In this document: positions 19,389-30,172 of the stretch, one piece after another | Layout: every line of letters starts with the position of its first letter | Position numbering within the stretch: the first letter of the stretch is position 1 | Source of the DNA: Chloroflexota bacterium | Lineage (GTDB): Bacteria; Chloroflexota; Chloroflexia; QHBQ01 | Direction: 5' to 3' | Length of the DNA: 64,000 nucleotides | Assembly (NCBI GenBank): GCA_025355955.1 | Contig: JANXYP010000278.1 | Location: forward strand, 284-64,283 | The notes under the pieces: model-generated | The model's database searches: none | Seen by the model: only the letters and a program-made list of their open reading frames with translations | What the model was told of the DNA's origin: nothing | Position numbers and translations under genes: made by a program

Positions 19389-20996
19389 TCACCAATCACT
19401 ATACACCACTTCGCCACCGACGATGGTATGAACCACCCGCGCCTGCTTGATCTGAGGCGGCGGGATGGCGAAGATGTCGGCATTAAGGACCACGCAGTCG
19501 CCCAGCTTGCCCACCTCCAGGCTGCCCTGGCTGGCCTCTGCGCCAGCGGCGTAAGCTGCGCCGCTAGTATAGCCCGCCACCGCCTCGGCCACGCTGAGGC
19601 GCTGCTCTGGATTCCAGCCCCCAGTCGGGCTGTCGTTCGCCTGCTGGCGAGTGACTGCAGCGTGGATGCCCGCAATCGGGTCAAGCGTCTCCACTGGGCA
19701 GTCGGAGCCAAACGCAAGCCGCGTGCCATAATCCAGCAAGGTGCGGAAGATATACGCGCCGCGCCGCGCCCGCGCCGCACCCCAGTATTGCTCCGCTACC
19801 TGCCAGTCGGATGGTGCGTGTATCGGCTGCACCGAGGCGATTACCCCTAGCGTGGCGAAGCGGGCAAAGTCGGCGGGATCCACCAATTGGGCGTGTTCGA
19901 TGCGATGGCGCAGCCGCATTGCTCCCTCTGCCTTGCGCCCTTCGGCCAGCGCGTCCAGCGCACGGCGTACCGCTCGATCGCCAATGGCATGGATCGCCAC
20001 CGCGATGCCGCCCGCCACCGCTCGTTGCGTCAGTGCGACCAGCTCCTCCTGCGCGGTCACTTCAACCCCCCGCGATGCGCTACCCGTGAATGGCTCCAGC
20101 ATATCGGCAGTGAGCGAACCGAGCGATCCATCGGTGAACAACTTGAGGTGGCCGAAGCGCAACCAATCGTCGCCTGCACCCGATGTTTCGCCCGCCGCCA
20201 GCGCGGCGGCCAACTGCTCCGCTCTGATCAGGTAGGATACCCGCAGCTTGAGCCGCCCCTCAGCCCGCAACTGGCGCAGCACGGTCAACTCCGCCGCGCC
20301 GCCCACATCAGGCAGCACATTATGGATACCAGTCAGCCCCTGCCGATGCGCCTGCCGCATCCCCTGCTCATAGGCCGCCATAATCTGCGCCACGCTCGGC
20401 TCTGGCCTGGCCTGATAGAGCAGACGCATGGCGGGGTTCTCCTGCACCACTCCGCTCGGTTCGCCGTGTTCATCATGGATGATCACCCCACCGGAGGGAT
20501 TGGGTGTTGCTGCACTGATGCCTGCTGCCGCCAGCGCCGCGCTGTTCGCCCAGATGCTATGCCCATCCTTGCGCGTCAGCAGCACTGGATGATGCGACGC
20601 AATTGCATCGAGTTGCTGTCGGGTAGGCAAGCGCCCGCCCCACAGGTGGTGGTTCCAGCCTGTGCCGCTGATCCACTCGCCCGCAGCAGTGGTTGCCGCC
20701 CGCGCCTGCACCAGCGCCAATGCCTGCTCCACACTCGGTACACCCTCCAGGTCGATGCCGCGCAACTCCAGGCTGTACCAACCGAAGTGGATGTGCGCGT
20801 CGGTCAGCCCGGGTAGCGCCGTACTGCCAGCCAGGTCAATCACCTCTGCACCGTTGCCGCCCGCTGCCTGCGCCGCGGCGCGGTCGTCGCCAACATAGGC
20901 GATGCGCCCATTACGGATTGCCAGCGCGGTGGCGTGTGGCTGGCGCGGGTTCATTGTATAGATGTTGCCATTGTGCAATACCAGTGCAGTTGCCAT
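19389..20996 (-). CDS. Amidohydrolase_3 (YtcJ-like) metal-dependent hydrolase
   Basis: LPGLTDAHIH, KLFTDGSLG, HAIGDRA, RIEHAQ, FGSDCPV, GSLEVGKLGD. Confidence 0.93.
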   Translation of the reverse strand: MATALVLHNGNIYTMNPRQPHATALAIRNGRIAYVGDDRAAAQAAGGNGAEVIDLAGSTALPGLTDAHIHFGWYSLELRGIDLEGVPSVEQALALVQARAATTAAGEWISGTGWNHHLWGGRLPTRQQLDAIASHHPVLLTRKDGHSIWANSAALAAAGISAATPNPSGGVIIHDEHGEPSGVVQENPAMRLLYQARPEPSVAQIMAAYEQGMRQAHRQGLTGIHNVLPDVGGAAELTVLRQLRAEGRLKLRVSYLIRAEQLAAALAAGETSGAGDDWLRFGHLKLFTDGSLGSLTADMLEPFTGSASRGVEVTAQEELVALTQRAVAGGIAVAIHAIGDRAVRRALDALAEGRKAEGAMRLRHRIEHAQLVDPADFARFATLGVIASVQPIHAPSDWQVAEQYWGAARARRGAYIFRTLLDYGTRLAFGSDCPVETLDPIAGIHAAVTRQQANDSPTGGWNPEQRLSVAEAVAGYTSGAAYAAGAEASQGSLEVGKLGDCVVLNADIFAIPPPQIKQARVVHTIVGGEVVYSDW

Positions 20997-21082
20997 TTGT
21001 TCTCCTTTCGCTTTATTATGCGCGGCAATATTAACATAATTGCCCCCGATTTGACATCTGCTAAATATGTTTGGGCTGGCGC

Positions 21083-21112
21083 TTGACATTTTTAGTTTTT
21101 TGCTGCTATAAT
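21083..21112 (+). promoter_or_regulatory. Near-consensus sigma-70 promoter
   Basis: TTGACA (21083-88)-N18-TATAAT (21107-12). Confidence 0.7.
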
Positions 21113-21304
21113 GTGTGTGCAAGAACTCATCATGCTTGCAATTGCGTTGCCCTGTCTAGCGCCTTAGTCTACACCAGGCGTACCCAACATCTGGCTTACC
21201 ATTAGGGAACACAGGGCGGGTCGATTTGCGCCTGTCTGAATGGCGTGGGGCGGCAATGCAAGCAGCCTTATAACTAAACCTAATCAGGAAAGGGGAAAGT
21301 CCAT

Positions 21305-22177
21305 ATGTTTAATCGCAAGTGGTCGGCTCGTGGGGCAGTAATCGTTGGCGCAATGTTGTTGGCGATGCTGGTAACTTCGTTCAGCCCGGCTCTCGCTGAT
21401 AGCACCACCAGCACCAATGGTCACGGTCATGCCAACGTCGCGTTGCGGCTGAGGGTCGACCAGGATATTACCGCCGCCGTCGGCCAGCCCATTAACTTCG
21501 ACGTTGCCGCCATCAACCTCGGCAGTGTCGAAGCCACCAACGTCGAGGTCGGCGTGCCGCTCGATCTCGGCAATCTTGCCCTGACCGGCGCGAAGTTCAC
21601 TGACACCCTCGGCGGTAAGAGCGCATTCGTCACCGGCATCTTCAGCGACCCCTCGATCAACCTGTTGACTGCCCACTATGCTAACACGCTGGCACCAGGC
21701 GAAATCGTCACCGGCACCTTCACCTTCGTTCCACAGGGGCGCTCGTTGGGTCTCAGCATGAACGGCACAACCAGCAACACCACCATCGCTAACTGCATCG
21801 CCATCTTCACTGATGTTGACAATGGTAGTGTTGCCATCTCCAACCTGGTCAGCTTCACCATCGGTAATACCTCCCAGGCGACCGGCACTAACGGCCAGGT
21901 ACAGATGGCCGACGTGGTTCCCTACCGCAAGAATGTTGCCCACCTCAACTTCGTCGCCCGCAACTTCTCCCCTGGAGAGAAGCTAGGCATCTGGATCAAC
22001 GCCCCGGGCAATATTGTTGTTGGCACCTCCAGTTACACCTACGCTGACGGCACTGGCCTCTTCGAGATTGACAACTTCGACCCGCAGATTGGCGGCCTAC
22101 CAGCTGGCAACTACTCGTTTGTCTTCCATGGCTACAGCTCCAATGTCGACTATGTTGCCCCCTTCACCGTACACTAA
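21305..22177 (+). CDS. Secreted beta-rich hypothetical protein (DUF11/Ig-like)
   Basis: Signal peptide ending ALA; T/N/S-rich beta-strand pattern. Confidence 0.75.
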   Translation: MFNRKWSARGAVIVGAMLLAMLVTSFSPALADSTTSTNGHGHANVALRLRVDQDITAAVGQPINFDVAAINLGSVEATNVEVGVPLDLGNLALTGAKFTDTLGGKSAFVTGIFSDPSINLLTAHYANTLAPGEIVTGTFTFVPQGRSLGLSMNGTTSNTTIANCIAIFTDVDNGSVAISNLVSFTIGNTSQATGTNGQVQMADVVPYRKNVAHLNFVARNFSPGEKLGIWINAPGNIVVGTSSYTYADGTGLFEIDNFDPQIGGLPAGNYSFVFHGYSSNVDYVAPFTVH

Positions 22178-22311
22178 TTATCGGACGAGGGGCTGACCCA
22201 ACCTGGCGGGGCGCGGCAACTGTTGCCGCGCCCCGCTTTGGTGTAATACTATGCTGCAAAGGGGAGTAGTCACCGCACGTCGAGCCATCATCGGCGTAAA
22301 GAGAGGTTTGT

Positions 22312-22842
22312 GTGACAATCACCGAGTATCTGCTAGCGGGCGGTCTGTTGGTGGCCCTAATCTGGTTGGTTTTGCTGCAAACCAGGCTCAACCGCCTCGT
22401 CGTTGCCCGCGCTGCGCTCACCCTGGGACTGAATAGCGCGAAGCGGCTCACCCTTGAAGATCTGATAACCGAGCTGGGCAATCGCTTGACTGATACCCAG
22501 GCGCGGCTGTCAAACCTCGACGACCAGCATAACAATCTGGGGGCAGAAGTGGCGGCGCTGATCGGCGAGTCGCGCTACAGTTTGCAGCGGGTTGGTTTGG
22601 TCCGCTTCAACCCATTTGCCGATACCGGCGGCGACCAGAGCTTCGCGGTCGCGGTTCTCGATCGGCTGGGCAACGGCTTCGTTTTCAGCAGCTTGCACGG
22701 GCGTAGCGGCACCCGCTTCTACGCCAAGCCCTTGCGGAATGGGCAATCTAGCTATCAGCTATCCGACGAGGAGGCCGAGGCAGTCAAGTCGGCGTTGAGC
22801 CAAACCAGCAGTATTGGTGCAGCGCGGGCGGCAAACCATTAA
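22312..22842 (+). CDS. DUF4446-like protein
   Basis: N-terminal TM, coiled coil, then LQRVGLVRFNPFADTGGDQSFAVAVLD...YAKPL...LSDEE. Confidence 0.85.
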   Translation: MTITEYLLAGGLLVALIWLVLLQTRLNRLVVARAALTLGLNSAKRLTLEDLITELGNRLTDTQARLSNLDDQHNNLGAEVAALIGESRYSLQRVGLVRFNPFADTGGDQSFAVAVLDRLGNGFVFSSLHGRSGTRFYAKPLRNGQSSYQLSDEEAEAVKSALSQTSSIGAARAANH

Positions 22843-23285
22843 TCGCCAGTTCGCTCCCAGATCGTCTCGTAGCCTTCACCGCGAATTAGCGCAACCATCT
22901 CGCGGTACTCGGCGGTGTGTAGGTCGCGCACCGCGTTGGCACAGGCAAGCGCCGCTCCGCTGTTGCTCATCCCCGCCCGAATCAGTCGCCGCTCGATGCG
23001 CTCCATCACCCCAACCTCAATCAAGGTGTTGACCGACTTCATCCACGGCACGCCGAGAATACCTTTGATATGGCCCAGCTGCGGGCGGCGGCGCTCCAGG
23101 GTAGTCACCCGCTCCTCCATGGAGCCAACCTGCGGCATCACCTCGATCAGCGGGTCAGACTCGTAGCTGCTGCGCGTATCCACCACCAGCGCCCGCCTAA
23201 GCAGAGGAAAGAACACGGTCATTACCTCGGCTTCGTCAATGTGCATCATTACCTGCATCAAAAACTGTTCCTCGTCCATTGCCAT
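22839..23285 (-). CDS. Hypothetical protein
   Basis: 148-aa ORF with a GGAGG RBS; no recognised motif. Confidence 0.65.
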   Translation of the reverse strand: MAMDEEQFLMQVMMHIDEAEVMTVFFPLLRRALVVDTRSSYESDPLIEVMPQVGSMEERVTTLERRRPQLGHIKGILGVPWMKSVNTLIEVGVMERIERRLIRAGMSNSGAALACANAVRDLHTAEYREMVALIRGEGYETIWERTGD

Positions 23286-23535
23286 TCCTCCGCTATTCAG
23301 CGATTGTCGTGACCCTCAAGGTTGTCACCTTTGCCAATTTGCTGCGCTAATTATAGCATATTTGTCAGACAGGGACAAAGAATGGGGGCAGGCATGACTA
23401 TACCAGTCATACCTACCCATTATACCGATTAGCGATGATGCCGCTATAGATTGAGCCAGGGCGAACCGTTGTTCGGCCCTACAGAACTATAGCATCGCCA
23501 CGGCTCATTGGAATTAGATATAGCCAGGCGATCCC

Positions 23536-24870
23536 TTATACCTTCACTGGCAGGTTGGCGCGCACGAACTCGCCATACCACTTGCCGCTCTCCTTCAGGG
23601 TGCGCTTCTGGGTGGCATAATCCACGTAGGTAATGCCGAATCGTTTGGCATAGCCCTCGCCCCACTCGAAGTTGTCCAGCAGCGACCAGAGGTAATAACC
23701 AGCTAGCGGCACACCCTGGGCTATGGCCGCGTTGCAGGCAGCGAGATGGTTTTCCAGGTAAGCGCGGCGCTGCTCGTCGTTGATGTAGCCATTCGCGTCG
23801 GGTTGGTCGCTGAAGGCCGCGCCGTTCTCGGTGATGTACATCTTCTGCGCTCCATAGTCGCGGTGCAGGCGCAGAAGCAGGTCGTACAGTGCGTTGGGGT
23901 ACACTTCCCAATCCGTATCGGTATAGGTTGCGCCGGGGATCTGGACGAACTGCGGCTGGCTGTCTTCCACGTGCCGTACCACACTGCGGCTGTAGAAGTT
24001 AACCCCCAAAAAGTCGGTTGGCACCGCGATCGTCTCCATGTCGCCGGGCTGTATTTGTGGTGGGTTAGCAGTGAAGCTGTGCCACAATCCATCAGAGTAG
24101 CCACGCCCGAATACCGGGTCGAGGAACCATTGGTTGGTGAACAGATCAACCTGTGCGGCAGCGAGGCGGTCGGTAAGCTGATCGCTAGCGGGGTAGGCGG
24201 GGGTGAAGTTGAGAGTGATACCCACCTCCGCGCCAGGGCTGTTGGCGCGAATGACTGGCACCGCCTGCCCATGCGCTACCAGTAGGTGATGGCCTACCTG
24301 TGCGGCTACGCTGGGGTCGTGCAGGCCGGGCGCGTGCTGGCCCCACAGGTTGCCGATTACTGCCACGACCCACGGCTCGTTAATCGTAATCCAGAACTTT
24401 ACCCGATCGCCCAACCGTCGGGTAACCGCATCGGTGTAAGCGACGAATGCTTCGACGGTGGCGCGATTGGCCCAGCCGCCATCGTCCTGCAAGGCTTGGG
24501 GCAGATCCCAGTGGTAGAGAGTGGCGCACGGTTCGATGCCGCGCTGTAGCAGGCTATCAACCAGCCGGTCGTAGAAGTCCAATCCTTTTTCGTTGACCGC
24601 GCCGCGCCCGGTGGGGATGATGCGCGGCCAGGCGATCGAGAAGCGGTAGGCGTTGAGGTCGAGGCTGGCAACCAGGTCGAGATCCTGCTCCCAGCGGTGG
24701 TAGTGGTCGCAGGCGACTGCGCCGCTTGAGCCATCCTTGATGTTGCCGGGGATGCTGGCGAAGCGGTCCCAGATGCTCTCGCTGCGGCCATCCTCGTGGA
24801 TAGCGCCCTCGATTTGATAGGCGGAGGTGGCTACCCCCCACTTGAAGTTGTCGCTGAATTGCTTATTCAA
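23536..24870 (-). CDS. Beta-glucosidase, glycoside hydrolase family 1
   Basis: WGVATSAYQIEG, TINEPW acid/base, YITENG nucleophile, DNFEW. Confidence 0.97.
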   Translation of the reverse strand: MNKQFSDNFKWGVATSAYQIEGAIHEDGRSESIWDRFASIPGNIKDGSSGAVACDHYHRWEQDLDLVASLDLNAYRFSIAWPRIIPTGRGAVNEKGLDFYDRLVDSLLQRGIEPCATLYHWDLPQALQDDGGWANRATVEAFVAYTDAVTRRLGDRVKFWITINEPWVVAVIGNLWGQHAPGLHDPSVAAQVGHHLLVAHGQAVPVIRANSPGAEVGITLNFTPAYPASDQLTDRLAAAQVDLFTNQWFLDPVFGRGYSDGLWHSFTANPPQIQPGDMETIAVPTDFLGVNFYSRSVVRHVEDSQPQFVQIPGATYTDTDWEVYPNALYDLLLRLHRDYGAQKMYITENGAAFSDQPDANGYINDEQRRAYLENHLAACNAAIAQGVPLAGYYLWSLLDNFEWGEGYAKRFGITYVDYATQKRTLKESGKWYGEFVRANLPVKV

Positions 24871-25092
24871 TGTATGACTCCCTTGTTATTTAGCATTTAT
24901 GTGTTCGCACCAGGCAAACAGCGGTTCGCCTCGACAAACAATGATTATGATTTGACCACCCCTGCGGTCGGGCTGCGCCCATAAGGGGTGAACAATGGTT
25001 CGCCCCTATGAACTATGATAATGATTTAACCGCACCAGCGGTCGGGCTGCGCCCACACAGGTCGAACAACGGTTCGCCCCTACGAACAATGA

Positions 25093-26004
25093 TTACGATT
25101 TGACCGCACCGGCCGTCAAGCCGCTGATCATCTGCTTCTGGACGAAGAAGAACAGGATCAGCAACGGGATGGTGACGACCACCGCAGCAGCCATCGCCAG
25201 TTCGTAATTGCTCTTATTTCCTGCAACCTGGCCGAGATAGAGGCGGATGCCCACCGGCACCGTTTGCACATCATCGGTAGTGGTCATCACCCAGGCGAAT
25301 AGCAACTCATCCCAGGCGGTGAGGAACACGTAAATGGCGGTGGCGGCGATGCCGGGGCGGGCCAGAGGCAGGGCAATCTTGTAGAATGCCTGGAAGCGAT
25401 TGCAGCCATCCACCATCGCTTGCTCCTCCAGATCGGGAGGGATGGCAGCGAAGAAGCTTCGCAGGATCCACAGACTGAGTGGCAGGAAGAAGGCAACGTA
25501 TAGCACGATCATACCCAGGTAGGTGTTAAGCAGCGGAATGCCCAGGTTGTCGCGCAACCACTTGAAGAAGTTGAACAGTGGCAGCAGGAACATGATGCCG
25601 GGGATCAGCTGGGTAGCCAGTATGGCGATGCCGTAAGTATCGCGCCCCGGAAAGTTGAACCGAGCGAGGGCGTAGCTGGCAAAGGTTGCCAGCAGGGTCG
25701 CTACCACCATGGTCGTGCCGCAGATGATCAGGCTGTTCTTCAGGTAGTTGCCAAAGTTGATCGAAACCCACATCTTCGGGTAGTTGTCGAAGTGCCACAC
25801 TGAAGGGAATAGCGAGGTATTACTTAGCGCTTCGGTATTGCTCTTGAAGCTGGTGGTAACCATCACCAGGATGGGGTATAGCGTGATGATGACGAGCAGC
25901 AGCAGCGCGACCCATGCCAACACCTTGCCACTGATGCGCCCCCAGTTTATCGGCTTCGCTGTTCCTACTGGTCTTACGGTTCTTGCTGCGCTAGCCATTT
26001 CCAT
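25093..26004 (-). CDS. Carbohydrate ABC transporter permease
   Basis: EAA loop IPPDLEEQAMVDG; start at MEMAS with a GGAGGT RBS. Confidence 0.93.
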   Translation of the reverse strand: MEMASAARTVRPVGTAKPINWGRISGKVLAWVALLLLVIITLYPILVMVTTSFKSNTEALSNTSLFPSVWHFDNYPKMWVSINFGNYLKNSLIICGTTMVVATLLATFASYALARFNFPGRDTYGIAILATQLIPGIMFLLPLFNFFKWLRDNLGIPLLNTYLGMIVLYVAFFLPLSLWILRSFFAAIPPDLEEQAMVDGCNRFQAFYKIALPLARPGIAATAIYVFLTAWDELLFAWVMTTTDDVQTVPVGIRLYLGQVAGNKSNYELAMAAAVVVTIPLLILFFFVQKQMISGLTAGAVKS

Positions 26005-26041
26005 ACCTCCTGATCGGCTTGCCTGCTTCTGTAGGTCGCGC

Positions 26042-27037
26042 CTAGCTGTTCTTTGGCTCAGTGCTGAGTGATTGTCGGAAGAAGGTGTACCAGATGGCAA
26101 CGAAGACGAGCATAGCAATCATCAACATAACGCTGACCGCTGAACCTGCACCAAAGGCATAGCCCTGGAAGGTCTGGCGCTGGATTAGCACCTGCATCAG
26201 GTCGCCGTTAGCGCCGGGATAGCCCGCGCCGTTGCCGAACATCACTGCCACGATATTGTAGGCATAGACCGAGCCGATTACCCCCCACAGGACAATAATA
26301 GACAGCACTGGCTTGAGCAGTGGCGCGGTGATGTGACGAAAACTCTGCCAAGCATTGGCTCCATCGATCTTGGCCGCCTCGTACAGGTCGCCAGGGATGA
26401 CTTGCAGGCCACTGAGTAGCAATATCATGGTAAAAGGGAAGCCCCGCCAGATAGTGGGGATGGTGATCGCCCAGAAGACATTGGGGCCAATTAGCCAGAA
26501 TGGGGCGTGTTGGTGGTCGGTGAGGCCGAGCGCGATTAGGATGTTGTTGATTGCACCAGTGTCCTGCCGCCACATGAAGCCCCAGACTAGCCCCACGATG
26601 TAGGTGGGCAGGATCCAGGGCATCAGCAGCAGGGTGCGGACGATACCACGCCCGCGAAACTCGCGGTTGATTAGCAGCGCTGCGCCCAGGCCAATCAGGA
26701 TCGTGCCGATATTAACCACGATAGCGTAGAAGAAAGTGTTGCGGGCAGCATCGGCCAGGCCGAAGCTGAGTGGGCTGGAGTTGTTGAATACATTTGTGTA
26801 GTTGTTCAGGCCGATAAACGGTGCGCCGAGGAACTGCTTGAGGGTGCGCACCCGCAAGTCGAGGAAGGACATATAGATAGCCTGGGCGGTGGGAATGAGG
26901 TGGACTAGGATCATCGCTAGCACTGCTGGTGCGATCATCGCATAGGCGAAGCCATTCCGCCGCACTCGCCACCACAATCCGTGTCGCGGCTGGACATAAG
27001 CCCGCGGCGTGGCAGTAGTTGCTTGTGGGGTTGCCAT
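26042..27037 (-). CDS. Carbohydrate ABC transporter permease
   Basis: GLQVIPGDLYEAAKIDGA EAA loop. Confidence 0.93.
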   Translation of the reverse strand: MATPQATTATPRAYVQPRHGLWWRVRRNGFAYAMIAPAVLAMILVHLIPTAQAIYMSFLDLRVRTLKQFLGAPFIGLNNYTNVFNNSSPLSFGLADAARNTFFYAIVVNIGTILIGLGAALLINREFRGRGIVRTLLLMPWILPTYIVGLVWGFMWRQDTGAINNILIALGLTDHQHAPFWLIGPNVFWAITIPTIWRGFPFTMILLLSGLQVIPGDLYEAAKIDGANAWQSFRHITAPLLKPVLSIIVLWGVIGSVYAYNIVAVMFGNGAGYPGANGDLMQVLIQRQTFQGYAFGAGSAVSVMLMIAMLVFVAIWYTFFRQSLSTEPKNS

Positions 27038-27358
27038 ATATCCTCCTCCTGATTATAGATTGCAGATTGCAGATTGCAGATTGGGTTTGATTATGCCCCT
27101 CGCAACTTATACCAGTTCGCTAAGGAGTTGCTACAATTCTGTAGGGGCGAACCGTTGTTCGCCCTGGCCCAAACTATAGCGGCACCATAGCTAATTGGTA
27201 TTAGATTGGTAGAGGTTGGCCTGTTGCGCTACTAACCTCTAATCCACAATCTGCAATCTGCAATTCCGATGCGGGTCGGAGCAGAGGCAAGGCGGCGGCG
27301 CACCACCTTACCCCTGCGCCAACCCAGGTGGAAAGAACCTTGGGGCGAACCCCGCCCC

Positions 27359-28831
27359 TTACTTGTTGGCAGCGATGATAGCGTTGACTTCCTGTGCGGC
27401 GGAGTCGAGCCGGGGCTTGATCATGCTGGGGCTGAAGGTGCCATTCACGCCAGCCACATCATCCCACAGGCCGCTGAGGTTCTTCTGCATCGCGCTTTCG
27501 ATCTGGCCCCAGGCAGCAATGGTCGGATAGGACTTGCCGGTGCCAGCGGCCTTGATGAATACCTGATACATCGGGTCGTTGCTGAAGTAGGGGTCGCCAT
27601 AGCCAGCCTTGGAGGCGGGCATATTACCACTCAGCTTGGCGTAGGCTACGTTGGCCTGCTGGCCGGTGAGGTACTTGATCAGGGCGACCGCTTCGGTCGG
27701 ATGCGTACTCGACTTCATCACCGTCAGGTCAGAGCCACCGACGAAGGTGAGCGAACCAGCCGGGCCAGCGGGGATAGGTACCACGCCAACCTTACCTGCG
27801 GCGGCCATATCGCTGAAGCCACCGTTGGCGCTGGTCTGGTGCGACTGGCCGATAATCCACGAGCCAGCCACCACGAACGCTGCCGCGCCCGACTTGAAGA
27901 TGTTCTCCGCATCGGCGGTGTTCTTCTCCAGCACGGAAACTGGGGTGTAGCCCTTGGTCACGAAGCTGGTATACTCCTGCACACCCTTGAGCGACGCATC
28001 GCTATTGAAGGCCGAGGCGGTGTTGTCGGGGGTGAGCATATCGCCACCACCGCTCCACACCCAGGGTGCGAAGTTGTGAACCACGTTCCAGTCATTCTTG
28101 CCAGGGAAGACGTAGGTGGTGGTGACGACGTTGGCCGCCTTGACCTTAGCCATGCTCGCGTCGAAGTGATCCCAGGTGTCGAGGCCGGTGGTGGGGTCGA
28201 TGTTGAGGTTCTTGAGGATGTCGGTGCGATAGTACAAGGCGCGCACATCGAGGAACCAGGGGATGGCAGTAATGTCGGTGGTGCCGAACTGGTGCGAGGT
28301 GTTCCAGGCAGCGGGGAAGAAGGAACTCTGCCCGCCCATAGAGGTGACCTCATCGGCGGTGAAGGGGCGCAGGCCGCCCAGTGCGCTGACTGCGCCGACC
28401 CAGGTGGTGCCAAGTTGGGTCACGTCGGGGCCTTCACCGCTGGTGACTGCGTTGGTGATCTTGGTGAACGCCGAACCCCAGTCCAGCACGGTTACCTGCA
28501 CGTTGATGTTGGGGTACAACTTTTTGAAACCGGCTAGGGTAGCGATCATATCATCCTTGGAATTGCCAGTGTTGGGCATAATCCAAAGTTTGATGGTGGT
28601 GGATGCGCTGGGATTGCTGTCGCCCATCGGATAGGTGGCGGTGGGTGGCACGACGGTGCCAGCAGTGCTGCTGGTGCTGCTCGCAGTAGTGGCGGTGGCG
28701 GCTGCCGTGTTGCTGCCCGTGCTAGCGGTGCCGGGAGTCGCGGTGGGATTGCCGCCAGTGTCGCAGGCGGCCAGGACCATGGTCAGTACCAGAATGAGCA
28801 GAAACGGGGTGAGCTTACGATCGAACTTCAT
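27359..28831 (-). CDS. Sugar ABC transporter substrate-binding lipoprotein
   Basis: Lipobox VLAAC; T/S-rich linker; GPDVTQLGTTW, IPWFLDVRALYYR, FVGGSDL. Confidence 0.92.
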   Translation of the reverse strand: MKFDRKLTPFLLILVLTMVLAACDTGGNPTATPGTASTGSNTAAATATTASSTSSTAGTVVPPTATYPMGDSNPSASTTIKLWIMPNTGNSKDDMIATLAGFKKLYPNINVQVTVLDWGSAFTKITNAVTSGEGPDVTQLGTTWVGAVSALGGLRPFTADEVTSMGGQSSFFPAAWNTSHQFGTTDITAIPWFLDVRALYYRTDILKNLNIDPTTGLDTWDHFDASMAKVKAANVVTTTYVFPGKNDWNVVHNFAPWVWSGGGDMLTPDNTASAFNSDASLKGVQEYTSFVTKGYTPVSVLEKNTADAENIFKSGAAAFVVAGSWIIGQSHQTSANGGFSDMAAAGKVGVVPIPAGPAGSLTFVGGSDLTVMKSSTHPTEAVALIKYLTGQQANVAYAKLSGNMPASKAGYGDPYFSNDPMYQVFIKAAGTGKSYPTIAAWGQIESAMQKNLSGLWDDVAGVNGTFSPSMIKPRLDSAAQEVNAIIAANK

Positions 28832-28963
28832 GATTTTCCTCCTTACAGGTGTGAGACTAACCGATAAACAAACGGTGGTTGTTCCGCTCCCTTCGCGGCG
28901 GCATTGCCGCAATCTGCGCCCGGCCGTGGTGCAGAGTGGCGTTTGGTCCGAAGAAGGGTGTCG

Positions 28964-30103
28964 CTATATAAGCCTGCAGCACTTTTCGTTGTGCGAGGCG
29001 CTGAAAAACGCAAGGGTTAAGTCTGTGTCTAGTTGTCCTGGTAAGTAAACGCCGACTTCTACTCGGCTCTTGCCATCCATCTGGATGTTAGATACCGGCG
29101 TGCCGCATGAGCGGCGCACCACGAGCGCGCATGGCAACACCTGCTGCACTGGCTGGCTGGCTTCTTCGCTGATCACGTCGAGCAGTATTTCGGCGGCAAC
29201 CGCGCCCAGTTCAGCGATGGGCTGGCGCACAGTGGTAAGCGCGGGTACGAGATGCGATGCCTGTTCGTTGTCATCGAAGCCGACCACTGAAATGTCGTCG
29301 GGTACCCGCAAACCGGCCTCATAGATAGCGCGATAAGCGCCAACCGCCATTGTGTCGCTGGCAACGAATACCCCTTCGGGACGGAAAGGTAGCAGTCGGC
29401 GCATCGCCTCGTAGCCTTGCAGGCTGCTGAAGCCACCTTCCACAATCAGTTCGGGGTCGGGCGTAATGCCCGCCTCGGTCAGCGCCCGCAGATAACCTTC
29501 GCGCCGATCCGCTCCGGCGGTAACTTGCAGACTAAAGGTGATGGTAGCGATGCGCCGCAGACCCAGTTTGATCATATGGTGAACCGCCTCCGCGGCGGCA
29601 CCAATGTTGTCCACATCAACATAGTTGATGCGGGTGTAATAAGGATGACGACCGATGGAGACGAACGGGATGTTGCGTTCAGTAAGATAGGGAATGAACG
29701 GGTTGTTGTTGACCAGACTGAGGCCGAGGATGAAGCCGTCGGTGTTGTGGGTATTGAGCAGGCGGTGTTGCATATGCGGGTCGGATTTGTCGAGCATTAG
29801 CAGCATCAATCCATAATCGCGGTCGTTGCAGACTGAGGACAGACCCTTAAGCAACAGGCTATAGAAGGGGTCGTTGAAAGTTTCCACCGGCGAACGAGGC
29901 ACCAGCAGGCTGATCACCTGGGTACTCTTGCCTGCCAGGTTACGAGCCGAGGCGTTAGGCCGATAGCCAGTGTCGGCAATGATGCGCTTGACCCGCGTGC
30001 GCACTTCGTCGCTCACCTTTGGGTCATCGTTGATCACTCGTGAAACTGTCGAGCGTGATGTGCCTGCTAGTTTAGCTACTTCTTCGAGAGTCACCGCTGA
30101 CAC
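28964..30103 (-). CDS. LacI family regulator (CelR/CebR-like)
   Basis: TLEEVAKLAGTSRSTVSRVIN HTH, YRPNASAR, VPDDISVVGFDD, LTTVRQP. Confidence 0.93.
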   Translation of the reverse strand: MSAVTLEEVAKLAGTSRSTVSRVINDDPKVSDEVRTRVKRIIADTGYRPNASARNLAGKSTQVISLLVPRSPVETFNDPFYSLLLKGLSSVCNDRDYGLMLLMLDKSDPHMQHRLLNTHNTDGFILGLSLVNNNPFIPYLTERNIPFVSIGRHPYYTRINYVDVDNIGAAAEAVHHMIKLGLRRIATITFSLQVTAGADRREGYLRALTEAGITPDPELIVEGGFSSLQGYEAMRRLLPFRPEGVFVASDTMAVGAYRAIYEAGLRVPDDISVVGFDDNEQASHLVPALTTVRQPIAELGAVAAEILLDVISEEASQPVQQVLPCALVVRRSCGTPVSNIQMDGKSRVEVGVYLPGQLDTDLTLAFFSASHNEKCCRLI

Positions 30104-30113
30104 CCCTTTTTTG

Positions 30114-30167
30114 TGGGAACGCTCCCACCGGCCTTCTAAGTGTGGGAACGCTATGGGAGCGTTCCCA
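30114..30167. promoter_or_regulatory. CelR/CebR-type operators
   Basis: TGGGAACGCTCCCA (30114-27), TGGGAGCGTTCCCA (30154-67) and a partial site at 30143-52; each full site is 13/14 to TGGGAGCGCTCCCA. Confidence 0.85.
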
Positions 30168-30172
30168 CAAAC

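Noticed and set aside
22258-22311. yybP-ykoY Mn riboswitch (AAAGGGGAGTAG start)
   Set aside because: The 3' GAGACCTT strand is missing, the region is short, and the downstream gene is not metal-related
27269-28537. 422-aa plus-strand ORF, and similar long shadows (481-1146, 19887-20816, 34040-34771)
   Set aside because: Antisense or alternate-frame shadows of well-supported genes in GC-rich DNA, with no motifs
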